From Gemmatimonadales bacterium (GTDB taxonomy: Bacteria; Gemmatimonadota; Gemmatimonadetes; Gemmatimonadales; GWC2-71-9): a stretch of DNA of 64,000 nt. Positions 29,579 to 38,458 of this stretch are shown here, piece after piece (within the stretch, counting starts at the first letter, position 1; each line of letters starts with the position of its first letter). The notes below the pieces were generated by a model. That model was not told where the DNA came from and did no database searches. It was given only the letters and a program-made list of their open reading frames with translations. The position numbers and the translations under genes were made by a program. The stretch spans positions 1,813 to 65,812 of the forward strand of contig DATNIM010000009.1 of assembly GCA_035604455.1 (NCBI GenBank), in the 5' to 3' direction.

Positions 29579-30844
29579 CTATTTCCGAAGTTCGAACGTC
29601 TTGGCCACCTTTTTCGGGACCGGCGCGTTCTTCAGCACGACGTACTGCGGCAGGCCGTTCATGTAGGGCGGATAGTCCTCGCCCTGGATCAAGGGACTGA
29701 GGTACCGGCGGCACTGCTCGGTGATGTGAAACCCGTCCGGGGTGATGAACTCGCGCGGCATTTTCCGTTCGACGTTCGCCACCTTCTCGAGCGGCGCGCT
29801 GCCCGTGGTCCAGCGGTAGGGGTTGTCCGCCTGCCGCTCGATCGTCACCATGACGCCCGAGGCGCCTTGAAGGGCGAGTTCGACCGCCGAGCGGCCGACG
29901 GCGTAGGACTGCTCGACGTCCACCTTCGCGGCGATGTGTCGCGCCGCGCGCATGAGGTAGTCCGCGATAGCGTAGTGGTACTTGTACTTGAGCTTCTCGC
30001 CCACGAGCGCGGCGAGGAGCGGCGCGAGGCCGCCGAGCTGCGCATGGCCGAAGGCGTCCTTGGTGCCCGCTTCGGACAGGAATTCGCCGCTCGGCAGCCG
30101 CAGGCCCTCGCTCGCCACGACGGCGCAGAAGCCGTTGCTCCGGACCGAGGCATCGACGGCCGCGAGGAACTTGGCTTCGTCAAACACCACTTCGGGAAAC
30201 AGAATCACCTGCGGGGCCTGGCCCGGGGCCTCGGCGGCGAGCCCGCCCGCCGCCGCCGTCCAGCCCGCGTGGCGCCCGAGGACCTCGAGGATGAACACCT
30301 TGGTCGAGGTCTTGGCCATGGAGGCGACGTCAAACCCGGCTTCCCGGATCGAGACGGCCGTGTACTTCGCCACGGACCCGAACCCGGGGCAGCAGTCCGT
30401 GAGCGGCAAGTCGTTGTCCATGGTCTTGGGCACGTGAATCGCCTGGATCGGGTAGCCCAGCTTCTCGCCGAGTTGCGACATCTTGAGGCAGGTGTCCGCC
30501 GAGTCGCCCCCACCGTTGTAGAAGAAGTAGCCGATGTCGTGCGCCCGGAACACCTCGATCAGTCGCTCGTACTCGGCCATGTTCTTGTCGAACCCCTTGA
30601 GCTTGAACCGGCACGACCCGAACGCGCCGCTCGGCGTGTAGCGCAGCGCGGCGATGGCCGAGTCCGCTTCCTGCGAGGTGTCGATCAGATCCTCGAGCAG
30701 CGCGCCGATGATGCCGTTGCGCCCGGCGTACACGCGCCCGATCCGGTCGGGATGGCGGCGTGCCGTTTCGAGCACGCCCTGGGCGGAGGCGTTGATGACG
30801 GCGGTGACGCCGCCGGACTGGGCGTAAAAGGCGTTTCGTGGCAT
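29579..30844 (-). CDS. 6-phosphofructokinase, PfkA family long form (ATP- or PPi-dependent; not distinguishable here)
   Basis: 421-aa ORF with SGGVTAVINAS, FFYNGGGDSADT and VPKTMDNDL. Confidence 0.88.
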   Translation of the reverse strand: MPRNAFYAQSGGVTAVINASAQGVLETARRHPDRIGRVYAGRNGIIGALLEDLIDTSQEADSAIAALRYTPSGAFGSCRFKLKGFDKNMAEYERLIEVFRAHDIGYFFYNGGGDSADTCLKMSQLGEKLGYPIQAIHVPKTMDNDLPLTDCCPGFGSVAKYTAVSIREAGFDVASMAKTSTKVFILEVLGRHAGWTAAAGGLAAEAPGQAPQVILFPEVVFDEAKFLAAVDASVRSNGFCAVVASEGLRLPSGEFLSEAGTKDAFGHAQLGGLAPLLAALVGEKLKYKYHYAIADYLMRAARHIAAKVDVEQSYAVGRSAVELALQGASGVMVTIERQADNPYRWTTGSAPLEKVANVERKMPREFITPDGFHITEQCRRYLSPLIQGEDYPPYMNGLPQYVVLKNAPVPKKVAKTFELRK

Positions 30845-30856
30845 TGAGAGGTCCTT

Positions 30857-30881
30857 AAAAAAGCGCGCAGACGTCGCGCGC
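30857..30881 (-). terminator. Intrinsic terminator after comFB, abutting the phosphofructokinase SD
   Basis: The minus strand reads GCGCGCGACGTCTGCGCGC followed by TTTTTT, then AAGGAcctctcaATG. Confidence 0.7.
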
Positions 30882-30907
30882 GGTCCAGGATGACGGCGCG
30901 GTAGGGG

Positions 30908-31180
30908 TTACAGGAGGTGCACCGGCCCGGCGCCACAGCGGGGCGCCAGCGCGACGCGGCGGAAGCCATCGAGCAGTACGACGTCGAGCTTCGCCTTCTC
31001 CTGATCGGTCTCGAGCGAGATCTCGGTGAACACCTCGCCCTGCCGGGTGGACACGTAGCGCGGGGAGAGCCGGTTGAGCGCATACACGAGGACGTCGCCG
31101 TGGCACGTCTCGCAGCCGCAAAACGCCGGCACGCGCGGCCGCAGCCGCGCGTACTCGCGCTCGACCACCTCGAACGTCAC
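30908..31180 (-). CDS. comFB: ComFB-family protein (late competence development protein ComFB domain)
   Basis: 90-aa ORF. The motif CGCETCHGDVLVYALNRLSPRYV is typical of ComFB. Confidence 0.78.
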   Translation of the reverse strand: MTFEVVEREYARLRPRVPAFCGCETCHGDVLVYALNRLSPRYVSTRQGEVFTEISLETDQEKAKLDVVLLDGFRRVALAPRCGAGPVHLL

Positions 31181-31185
31181 GTTCG

Positions 31186-32493
31186 TTACCCCAAGCAGAC
31201 AAGCTCCTCGGCCGGCCGAGCCGTGAACGTCGAGCCCGTAGTGCCCGTGAGGTGGACGCGGCGATAGCTCCCGATCCAGGCGTTGGGCCCGGCGAGCAGG
31301 GCCACCTTGTTCGTGCGGGTGCGGGTCTGGAGCAGGCCGCCGCGCTTCGCCGTTCCCTCGACCAACACCTCGTGGGTCGTGCCGACGAGGCCGGCGTTCT
31401 TGCGCGCAGCGACCGCCCGGACCACCGAGATCAGTCGCTCGAGGCGCGCGGCCGCCACCGTCTCGGGCACCGCGTCGTGCAGGCGCGTCGCCGGCGTCCC
31501 CGCGCGCGGGGAGTAGCGGAACGTGTACGCGTCGTCGAACCCGGCCTCTCGCACGAGGGATTCGGTCTCCGCGAAGTCGGCCTCGGTCTCCCCCGGAAAC
31601 CCAACGATCAAGTCCGTCGTGATGGCAATTCCGGGTACCGCGAGGCGCAGGGCGTCGACTACGGCGAGGTAACCGGCCCGGTCATAGCGCCGCAGCATAC
31701 GACGCAGCACGCGCGATGAACCGGACTGCGCCGGAAGATGGACGTGCTCGCACACGGCCGGCGTCTCGGCCATCGCCGCGAGCACGCGGGGCGTGAAGTC
31801 CGTGGGATAGGGCGACGTGGCCCGAACGCGGCGGACCCCTGGAACCCCGCCGACCGCCCGCAGGAGGTCGGCGAAATCGTGCGCCCCGTCGTGGTAGCTG
31901 TTCACGGTCTGGCCGAGCAGGGTCACTTCGGTCGTCCCGCGCGCCGCGAGCTCCTGGACCTCGCGCACGACATCCTCGAGACGGCGGCTGCGCTCGGGCC
32001 CGCGGGTTTCGGGCACGATGCAGAACGTGCAGCGATAATCGCAGCCGCGCTGGACCGTGATGAAGGCGGACACAAGGTCGCCGCGAACCGGTGGAACATC
32101 CTCGTAGTGCTCCCAGCTCCGGAACTCGACATCGACCGTGGCACCCGCACGGGCCGCGACGAGGAGGTCGGGGAGGCTCCGGTACCCATCGGGGCCGACG
32201 ACGAGATCAACCTGCGGGACGTCGGCGAGCAGCGCGGGACCCAGGCGTTGGGCCATGCACCCCACCACGCCGAGGAGCGTGTCGGCGCGCTTGTAGCGCT
32301 TGAGCTCGCCCAGGCGCCCAAGCACCCGCTGCTCCGCGTGGTCGCGCACGGCGCACGTGTTGACGAGGAGGACGTCGGCCGAGGCCGGGTCGGGCGTTTG
32401 GGCATACCCGGCCCGGCCCAGGACCCCGGCGATGAGCTCCGAGTCCGAGACGTTCATCTGACAGCCGTAAGTCTCGATGTAGACGCGCGGCAT
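31186..32493 (-). CDS. miaB: tRNA-2-methylthio-N6-dimethylallyladenosine synthase MiaB
   Basis: 435-aa ORF with YIETYGCQMNVSDSE, the radical SAM motif CDYRCTFCIVP and a TRAM domain. Confidence 0.93.
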   Translation of the reverse strand: MPRVYIETYGCQMNVSDSELIAGVLGRAGYAQTPDPASADVLLVNTCAVRDHAEQRVLGRLGELKRYKRADTLLGVVGCMAQRLGPALLADVPQVDLVVGPDGYRSLPDLLVAARAGATVDVEFRSWEHYEDVPPVRGDLVSAFITVQRGCDYRCTFCIVPETRGPERSRRLEDVVREVQELAARGTTEVTLLGQTVNSYHDGAHDFADLLRAVGGVPGVRRVRATSPYPTDFTPRVLAAMAETPAVCEHVHLPAQSGSSRVLRRMLRRYDRAGYLAVVDALRLAVPGIAITTDLIVGFPGETEADFAETESLVREAGFDDAYTFRYSPRAGTPATRLHDAVPETVAAARLERLISVVRAVAARKNAGLVGTTHEVLVEGTAKRGGLLQTRTRTNKVALLAGPNAWIGSYRRVHLTGTTGSTFTARPAEELVCLG

Positions 32494-32495
32494 CG

Positions 32496-33701
32496 CTATG
32501 CGACCGTGACGGGGAAGCGACGGCGCCCGTCCCAGGCGTCCGTCGGCACGTAGACCGAAAGATAGTCTTCGGTCACGACCTCGAGGCGCCCACCGGCGTG
32601 GCCGCTCGCAACGCCGTCGGCAACGGCCCCGCGGCGCCGGGCGCGATGGGCGTGTGCGCTCGCCTCGCCCAAGGCGCGGAGTTCGGCGGCGCGCGCCCGC
32701 CGCACCGCTGGCGGCACGGCGTCGGGCAACCGGACCGCCGCGGCCCCGGGCCGGGTCGAGAACGGGAAGACGTGCAGATACGAAAACGGCAGAGCCTCAA
32801 GCAGCGCGCGCGTCGCGCGGTGATCGCCGTCCGTTTCGCCCGGGAACCCGGCGATGACATCCGCGCCGAGCCCAAACACGCTCAGGCGTCCCGCGAGCCA
32901 TTCCACCCGCTCCCGGTAGGAGCGAGCCGTATACCAGTGGCGGCCCATGCGGCGCAGCACCCGATCCGAGCCTGACTGGAGCGGCGCGTGCAGGTGGGGC
33001 GCGAGCTGGCGCGGCGCTTCCACGAAGAGTCGCGCCACCCGGTCATCCACTTCGGTCGCTTCGATCGATGACAGGCGAAAGCGCACTTCGGGAACGGCGC
33101 ACAAGAGGGCCTCGAGCAGGTCGGCGAGCGGGGAGGTCTGGGTGCGCCAGTCGCGGCCGTAGGTCCCGATGTGGATACCGGTGAGGACGAGTTCGGCGTG
33201 ATGGGCGGCGAGCGCCTGCGCTTCCCGCACGACATCAGCGATGGGGCGCGACCGGTTAGTCCCCCGGGCGAGCACGGTCGCGCAAAACGTGCAGTGCTCG
33301 TCGCAGCCGTCCTGGATCCGGAGCCAGCCGCGGGCATGCGCGCCGAAGCGCCGCAGGGGCCCGGCCTCCGGAGCCCACCCCGCCGCGTGGAGTACGGCGA
33401 GGGCATCGCCCCCCGGCACCACGCTGCGCACGCCGGGCAGCCGCGCGAGCACGTCGGGCTCGAGCGCGGCCGCGCAGCCCATCACGATCGTCTCGAGCGC
33501 GGGCCGGCGCGCGAGTCCACGTACGTAACGACGGAGCTTCGTGTCGCTCTCCGCCGTGACGGTGCAGGAGTTCACGATGGCCAGGTCGGCCTGGTCGGGG
33601 TCTTCCACCACCACCGCGCCTTGATCCGTGAACGCCTGGCGCACGCGGGCCGTGTCGTACTGGTTGGCCCGGCAGCCGAACGTATGGAAGAAGACGTTCA
33701 C
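32496..33701 (-). CDS. mtaB: MiaB-like methylthiotransferase (MtaB type, lacking a C-terminal extension)
   Basis: Part of ORF 32496..33980 from the GTG at 33701 (VNVFFHTFGCRANQYD). It has the radical SAM motif CDEHCTFCAT. It has a GTGA overlap with the upstream gene. Confidence 0.85.
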   Translation of the reverse strand: MNVFFHTFGCRANQYDTARVRQAFTDQGAVVVEDPDQADLAIVNSCTVTAESDTKLRRYVRGLARRPALETIVMGCAAALEPDVLARLPGVRSVVPGGDALAVLHAAGWAPEAGPLRRFGAHARGWLRIQDGCDEHCTFCATVLARGTNRSRPIADVVREAQALAAHHAELVLTGIHIGTYGRDWRTQTSPLADLLEALLCAVPEVRFRLSSIEATEVDDRVARLFVEAPRQLAPHLHAPLQSGSDRVLRRMGRHWYTARSYRERVEWLAGRLSVFGLGADVIAGFPGETDGDHRATRALLEALPFSYLHVFPFSTRPGAAAVRLPDAVPPAVRRARAAELRALGEASAHAHRARRRGAVADGVASGHAGGRLEVVTEDYLSVYVPTDAWDGRRRFPVTVA

Positions 33702-34801
33702 GGCCGCACGGTGACGCCGACGAGCAGCGTCCAAACCTCCTCTTGCAGGCCGCTGCCGCTGCGCGAGAGGCGTTCGAGGCCGACGTCGATGACGCCGTGT
33801 CCCTTGGCGAGCGTCGTGCTCGTGCCCACGGCGACGCCGGTCTCGGTCGGCGCCGAAGTGCCCGGGCCAAATGGCAACTGGTCGCCGCGCACGCCGATGC
33901 GCAGCGGCGTCGTCCGCCCGATCTCGAGGCCCGCGGACCAGGCCATGGTGTTGAAGGCGCCGGCGCCGGTGCGCGACCAACTCTGCCAGTCCACCGAACC
34001 CGCGATCCGGAGCGTCGGCTCCGGTGTGAGCATCAGCGCGCCTCCGTAGGTCGCCGGCAGATTGTTCGTCGCCACGAGCGAGTCACCAACGTGACTGTGC
34101 AGCGCCTGGTCCTGGCGCGCGAAAACGGCGATCGCGGCGGTCGGAAGGATGCGCAGGATGGCGCCGCCGGAGATGCCCCAGCCGCTGTAGGTCACTGTGC
34201 CCGTTTGGACCACGGTCACGTAGTCCGTCGTGTCGTCGTAAATCCGCGTCGCGTTCTGGCGCGTGGACCCGGCGAGGTCGTGGAATCCCAGGCCCACGGC
34301 GAGCCGGCTGCCGATTCGCAGGGCGGCCGCCAGGCGGACGTCCGTCACCCCGCCGTCGCTCGAGATGGAGTTGTTGAACGGCTGCATGGTCCCGCGCAAG
34401 AGCTGGCTGTCGCGGGTGACGGCATCGTAGGTCTGGTCGAGATATGTGCTGAAGCTCACGCCCACGACGAGCCGGTTCGACAACGGTCCACCGAGCGACA
34501 GCACCGGGAAGCGCGTCGTCCGCAGCCAGGTGCTCGACCCCGGCGTCGACACGTCGCGGAAGCTGGCGCCTTGAGCCGCGGTCGCGGTCGCGTTCCGCAG
34601 GTCAACCAGCGCGGCGTCAGTGAACGGAGACTCCGGGTCGAACGCTGCGAACGCGCCGCCCGTCGAGCGGGAGCGGACGCTCTCCAGGCGGCCGGGCGTG
34701 CCGAGCCCCGCGATGCTGAACTGCGAGTCCTGTGCGCGCGCGACACCCCCGCCGCACATCGCGGCAATCACGAGGCCCATCGACCAGCGGCGCGCGCTCA
34801 T
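33698..34801 (-). CDS. Hypothetical outer-membrane beta-barrel protein
   Basis: 367-aa ORF with the signal peptide MSARRWSMGLVIAAMCGGGVARAQ. Alternating hydrophobic beta-strand periodicity runs throughout. I recognise no family with confidence. Confidence 0.65.
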   Translation of the reverse strand: MSARRWSMGLVIAAMCGGGVARAQDSQFSIAGLGTPGRLESVRSRSTGGAFAAFDPESPFTDAALVDLRNATATAAQGASFRDVSTPGSSTWLRTTRFPVLSLGGPLSNRLVVGVSFSTYLDQTYDAVTRDSQLLRGTMQPFNNSISSDGGVTDVRLAAALRIGSRLAVGLGFHDLAGSTRQNATRIYDDTTDYVTVVQTGTVTYSGWGISGGAILRILPTAAIAVFARQDQALHSHVGDSLVATNNLPATYGGALMLTPEPTLRIAGSVDWQSWSRTGAGAFNTMAWSAGLEIGRTTPLRIGVRGDQLPFGPGTSAPTETGVAVGTSTTLAKGHGVIDVGLERLSRSGSGLQEEVWTLLVGVTVRP

Positions 34802-36066
34802 CGTTGCCCGAAGGGGAACGAGGGCGAGTACGTGAGGTGCAACATTGGCCGGTACGCGGTCGTGGACGAGGCGAACATCCGCAGCTCGGCGAAGTTCCCA
34901 CCTTCGGGGGCCTGGCGGAGCACGATCGCCGTGGGCGCCGTTGTGTCGGCCGCCCAGAAGCGCATCAGGTTCGTCATTTCGATCCGCACCGTGTCCATCG
35001 GCGTGATGTAGATGCGAGTCGTGTCGACGTGGATCGGGTCGAGCGCCGACTTGGCGCCGAGGTCGACCAGGACGGCCTGCGTCACGAGGTCGAAGGAATC
35101 CGACGCAACGCCCTGGGGGAGCACGGCCGGAATGAGCTCGAGCGTCGCCCGCGCGATCTGTTGGGAGTCGCGGATGATGCGCGGGAAGGTGATCCGCAGG
35201 ATGCTCCGCGTCGCCGGCACGCCGCCCACGACGAGCGTCGAGTCAAGCGGCGGCGGTGGCGGATTGAAGACGAACGTGTTGAAGCTCGGCGTCCCGAACC
35301 CAAGTGGAGTCCGCCGGTGGGCCACGCCCAGCCCGAGCGAATCCACCTTCAGGTACGCGGTGATCGACGGGCCCAATCCATAATTAAGCAGCCCGCCGAG
35401 ACTGAGGTCGGTGGGCTGGTCGGCGCCCACCCGGATCCCGAAGGCGAGCTTGCCCGTGTCCGGCACCGAGTAGGGGACCTGTGCTGAGTCAAAGTTGATG
35501 AGCAGCGTGACGCGGTGATATACCGTGTCGAGGATCGCGCTGTCGCCCGTCGCCGGGTTGTTGTAGGCGGGGGTAGCGAGCAGGCTGTTGACGTTGACCG
35601 TTCGGATGGGCGGCGCGGCGAAGGCCGGGGCAAGCCCGGTGAACGTCGTCGTCGAATCGATCGAGAGCGGCAACGCGTAGACGGAGAGCGCGAGGTTCGT
35701 GACAAGCGTGTCCCGCGACGTGATGGTGACGGCCAGGACGATCGAGTCGACCCCGATCACCGGCGCGGTCGTCGTGTCCTCGAGCACGAGGCGCGTGGGC
35801 AATGCCGGCATCAGCATGATCGGCCGACTGTCCTTGATCCCGGGCTCGCTGGCCGCGAGGAGGGTCAAGCTGAGGCCCGGGTTCACGTAGCCCTGGGGAC
35901 GCCCGTAGGCTGAGTCGCGCGAGATGGCCGCGAGGAGCGTGTCGATCACGGTCAGGGAGCCCAGCGGACAGAACTGCGGACAGACCCCCGGCGCCGAGAT
36001 GTCGTTCGTGCAGGCGAGCGCGATGAGGACGACGAGCGCGGCGGCCCGCACGGGGGGTCGGGGCAT
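34798..36066 (-). CDS. Hypothetical lipoprotein
   Basis: 422-aa ORF with the lipobox VVLIALAC-T. It is beta-rich with no catalytic motifs that I recognise. It has an ATGA overlap with the downstream barrel gene and a TAATG junction with cdd. Confidence 0.65.
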   Translation of the reverse strand: MPRPPVRAAALVVLIALACTNDISAPGVCPQFCPLGSLTVIDTLLAAISRDSAYGRPQGYVNPGLSLTLLAASEPGIKDSRPIMLMPALPTRLVLEDTTTAPVIGVDSIVLAVTITSRDTLVTNLALSVYALPLSIDSTTTFTGLAPAFAAPPIRTVNVNSLLATPAYNNPATGDSAILDTVYHRVTLLINFDSAQVPYSVPDTGKLAFGIRVGADQPTDLSLGGLLNYGLGPSITAYLKVDSLGLGVAHRRTPLGFGTPSFNTFVFNPPPPPLDSTLVVGGVPATRSILRITFPRIIRDSQQIARATLELIPAVLPQGVASDSFDLVTQAVLVDLGAKSALDPIHVDTTRIYITPMDTVRIEMTNLMRFWAADTTAPTAIVLRQAPEGGNFAELRMFASSTTAYRPMLHLTYSPSFPFGQR

Positions 36067-36515
36067 TATGCGAGCGACGCCCTATTAAAAGGATCGGGCA
36101 GGAGGGCTCCCAGGGTCCAGCGGCGTTCGCTCGCCGGGCCGGCGGCGATCACCTCGAGCTCGAGTCCGAACTCGGCGAGCACCTGGCGGCACATGCCACA
36201 GGGCGGTGCGGGCGGCTCGACCTCGGTCACCACGGCCAAGCGCTTGAATGCCCGGGCCCCGGCCGCGACGGCCGCCCCGACCGCGACCCGCTCGGCGCAG
36301 AGCGTAACCCCGTAGGATGCGTTTTCCACGTTGGTGCCCATGAACACCCTTCCATCACCCGCCTCGAGCGCCGCACCCACCCGAAAACGACTGTAGGGCG
36401 CGTAGGCGTTCGCGAGCGCTTCGCGCGCCCGTGCGACGAGCGCGGCACTCATCGCGCCGCGGCGAGGCTGGGCATGCCAAACCCCCTGGTTGGACGAGCA
36501 CACAGCACAGTGCAT
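36066..36515 (-). CDS. cdd: Cytidine deaminase
   Basis: 149-aa ORF with the motifs [19 protein letters not shown] and [12 protein letters not shown]. The ATG at 36515 has a strong SD, GGAAGGAG, 8 nt upstream. An alternative ATG at 36452 would give a more typical length. Confidence 0.85.
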   Translation of the reverse strand: MHCAVCSSNQGVWHAQPRRGAMSAALVARAREALANAYAPYSRFRVGAALEAGDGRVFMGTNVENASYGVTLCAERVAVGAAVAAGARAFKRLAVVTEVEPPAPPCGMCRQVLAEFGLELEVIAAGPASERRWTLGALLPDPFNRASLA

Positions 36516-36582
36516 CGGCGCAGCTCCTTCCGACCCTGATGTAACCCCGGCGCGCCGCGCCGGTGCCCGTGCGCAACGGCCG

Positions 36583-37656
36583 TCAGTCGTACAGCCGCGG
36601 GAGCCGCGCCCGGAGGGCGGTCAGCGCCTCGTGTTGCAACGTGTCGGTGGCAAGCGCGTACTCGTCAAGTCGAATCGCCGCGCCGTCTGCCTCCCCGAGC
36701 AGGGTCGCGACGTCCCCCACCTGCACCGCGCGCTCCGCGACATCAACCATGGCGAGGTCCATCGTCACCGCACCGACCACGGGGCAGCGCGTACCGTCAA
36801 GCAACACCGCCGCGCGGCCCCAGAGGCCAAACGACCGGCGCACCCCGTCGGCGTACCCCACCCCGAGCGTCGCCACCTGCGTCCGCCCGGCCGCGCGCCA
36901 CAGCGCCCCGTAGCTCACGCCCTCGCCTGCCGCCACGTGGCGGACCGCGAGCACCCGGGCCCTCAAGCTCACCACCGGGCGCGGCTCGAGAAGCCCCGGA
37001 CCTACGGTGCCTCCATAAAGGAACAAGCCCGGTCGCACGAGGTCGAGCGCATAGCGCCGTCCCCGCAGCGCCGCGGCGCTGTTCGCCACGTGCAGCAGCG
37101 GCGGCCGCCGGGGCAAGACACTCACTGCCGCAAGAAAGCGTTCCGTCTGGCGTTCGAGCGACCCGTCATCGCGCTCGGCCGAGTGGAACTGCGTGTAGCA
37201 CCCTTCGAGGGCCTGGGTGTCGACGAGGTCGCGCACCTGCTCGATCTCGTCCCAGCGGACGCCGCATCGGCCCATCCCGGTGTCCACCTCGAGGTGGAAC
37301 GGACGCGGACCGCGCGCCGTCCAGGCGGCGACGGCGTCCCGGTCCCCGAGCGTCGGCGTGAGCCCGCTTGCGTCCACGTCGTCGAACAGGGCGGGCGGCA
37401 CCGGCATGAGCACCACGATCGGACGCGTAATCCCGACGTCGCGCAGCTCAGCGCCCTCGGCGGGCGTCGCGACCCCGTAGCCCCAGGGGTCCACGGCCTC
37501 GAGGGCCCTACATACAGCGACGGCTCCCACCCCGTAGCCATTGGCTTTCACTACCGGGAGGAGCCGCGTGCCGGCGACCCGTGCGACGGTGCGGGCGTTC
37601 TCAACCACGGCGGCGAGATCGACCTCGACCCAGGCGCGACTGCACCGCCCGCTCAT
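36583..37656 (-). CDS. alr: Alanine racemase
   Basis: ORF 36583..37707 trimmed to the ATG at 37656. It has the PLP-lysine motif [13 protein letters not shown]. Confidence 0.88.
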   Translation of the reverse strand: MSGRCSRAWVEVDLAAVVENARTVARVAGTRLLPVVKANGYGVGAVAVCRALEAVDPWGYGVATPAEGAELRDVGITRPIVVLMPVPPALFDDVDASGLTPTLGDRDAVAAWTARGPRPFHLEVDTGMGRCGVRWDEIEQVRDLVDTQALEGCYTQFHSAERDDGSLERQTERFLAAVSVLPRRPPLLHVANSAAALRGRRYALDLVRPGLFLYGGTVGPGLLEPRPVVSLRARVLAVRHVAAGEGVSYGALWRAAGRTQVATLGVGYADGVRRSFGLWGRAAVLLDGTRCPVVGAVTMDLAMVDVAERAVQVGDVATLLGEADGAAIRLDEYALATDTLQHEALTALRARLPRLYD

Positions 37657-37683
37657 TGACACGCTCACAGGCGCGCGTATGAT
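37656..37683 (+). promoter_or_regulatory. Candidate sigma70-type promoter for mazG
   Basis: Plus strand TTGACA (37656-61)-16 nt-TATGAT (37678-83). SD GGAGG lies at 37693-97 and the ATG at 37702. Confidence 0.5.
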
Positions 37684-37707
37684 ACCCCGCCCGGAGGCTA
37701 AATGCAA
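37679..37707 (-). promoter_or_regulatory. Candidate sigma70-type promoter for alr
   Basis: Minus strand TTGCAT (37707..37702)-17 nt-TATCAT (37684..37679), 22 nt upstream of the alr ATG. Confidence 0.45.
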
Positions 37708-38451
37708 GGCGATTCAGCGCTTGGGCGCGCTCTCGTCCTCGTCCGCGACCTGCGCGCGCGCTGTCCCTGGGACCGCGCGCAAACGCGCGCGACCCTCGCG
37801 CCCTACCTCATCGAAGAAGCCCTCGAGCTCGATCACGCGCTCCGTGACGTCGAGCCCCCCCCCGCGCTGCGCGACGAGCTCGGGGACCTCCTGCTCCACC
37901 TCGCCTTCCAAATCGTCATCGGCGAAGAGCGAGCCGAATTCGACGCGGAATCGGTGACCCGCGCGCTCGAAGAGAAGATGCACCACCGCCACCCGCACCT
38001 CTACGGGCTCGGGGACAAGCCGGCCTCGTGGGAGCGCGCCAAGCGGGAGCTCGAGCCCGAGCGAACGAACACGCTCGGCGGGCTGCCGCCCGCGCTGCCG
38101 CCGCTCCTTCGGGCCTACCGGCTGCAGGAGCGCGCTGCAGGCATCGGGTTCGACTGGCCCGACGCGACCGGTCCGCTCGCGAAGGTGAAGGAGGAGACGG
38201 CCGAGCTCGAGCGCGCCGTCGAAGCGGGCGACGCGGCGGCACAGGCGGACGAGCTCGGCGACCTGCTATTCACCGTCGTCAACCTCGCACGCAAGCTCGG
38301 TGTGGACCCGCGCAGTGCGCTCGACGCGGCGAACGCCAAGTTCACGCGGCGGTTCGGGGATCTCGAGGCGCTCGCGAAGACCCGAGGCATCGACGTCGGG
38401 CGCGCGGGGCTCGACGCGCTCGATCGGTTGTGGGACGAGGTGAAGCCCTAA
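37702..38451 (+). CDS. mazG: Nucleoside triphosphate pyrophosphohydrolase MazG
   Basis: 249-aa ORF with tandem MazG domains (CPWDRAQT..., EExxELxxA motifs EEALELDHAL and EETAELERAV). It is the only plus-strand gene in the window. Confidence 0.9.
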   Translation: MQGDSALGRALVLVRDLRARCPWDRAQTRATLAPYLIEEALELDHALRDVEPPPALRDELGDLLLHLAFQIVIGEERAEFDAESVTRALEEKMHHRHPHLYGLGDKPASWERAKRELEPERTNTLGGLPPALPPLLRAYRLQERAAGIGFDWPDATGPLAKVKEETAELERAVEAGDAAAQADELGDLLFTVVNLARKLGVDPRSALDAANAKFTRRFGDLEALAKTRGIDVGRAGLDALDRLWDEVKP

Positions 38452-38458
38452 GCCCGAC

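Noticed and set aside
36540-36582. The hairpin CCGGCGC-ggc-GCGCCGG just after the alr stop, as a terminator.
   Set aside because: A 7-bp GC stem is present, but a 3-nt loop is tight and no U-rich tail follows (ggttacatc). At best it is a weak or Rho-assisted signal.
37657-37707. The TTG at 37707 as the alr start (the longest ORF).
   Set aside because: It would overlap the mazG start codon and place the start inside the proposed promoter. The ATG at 37656 gives a normal alanine racemase N-terminus.
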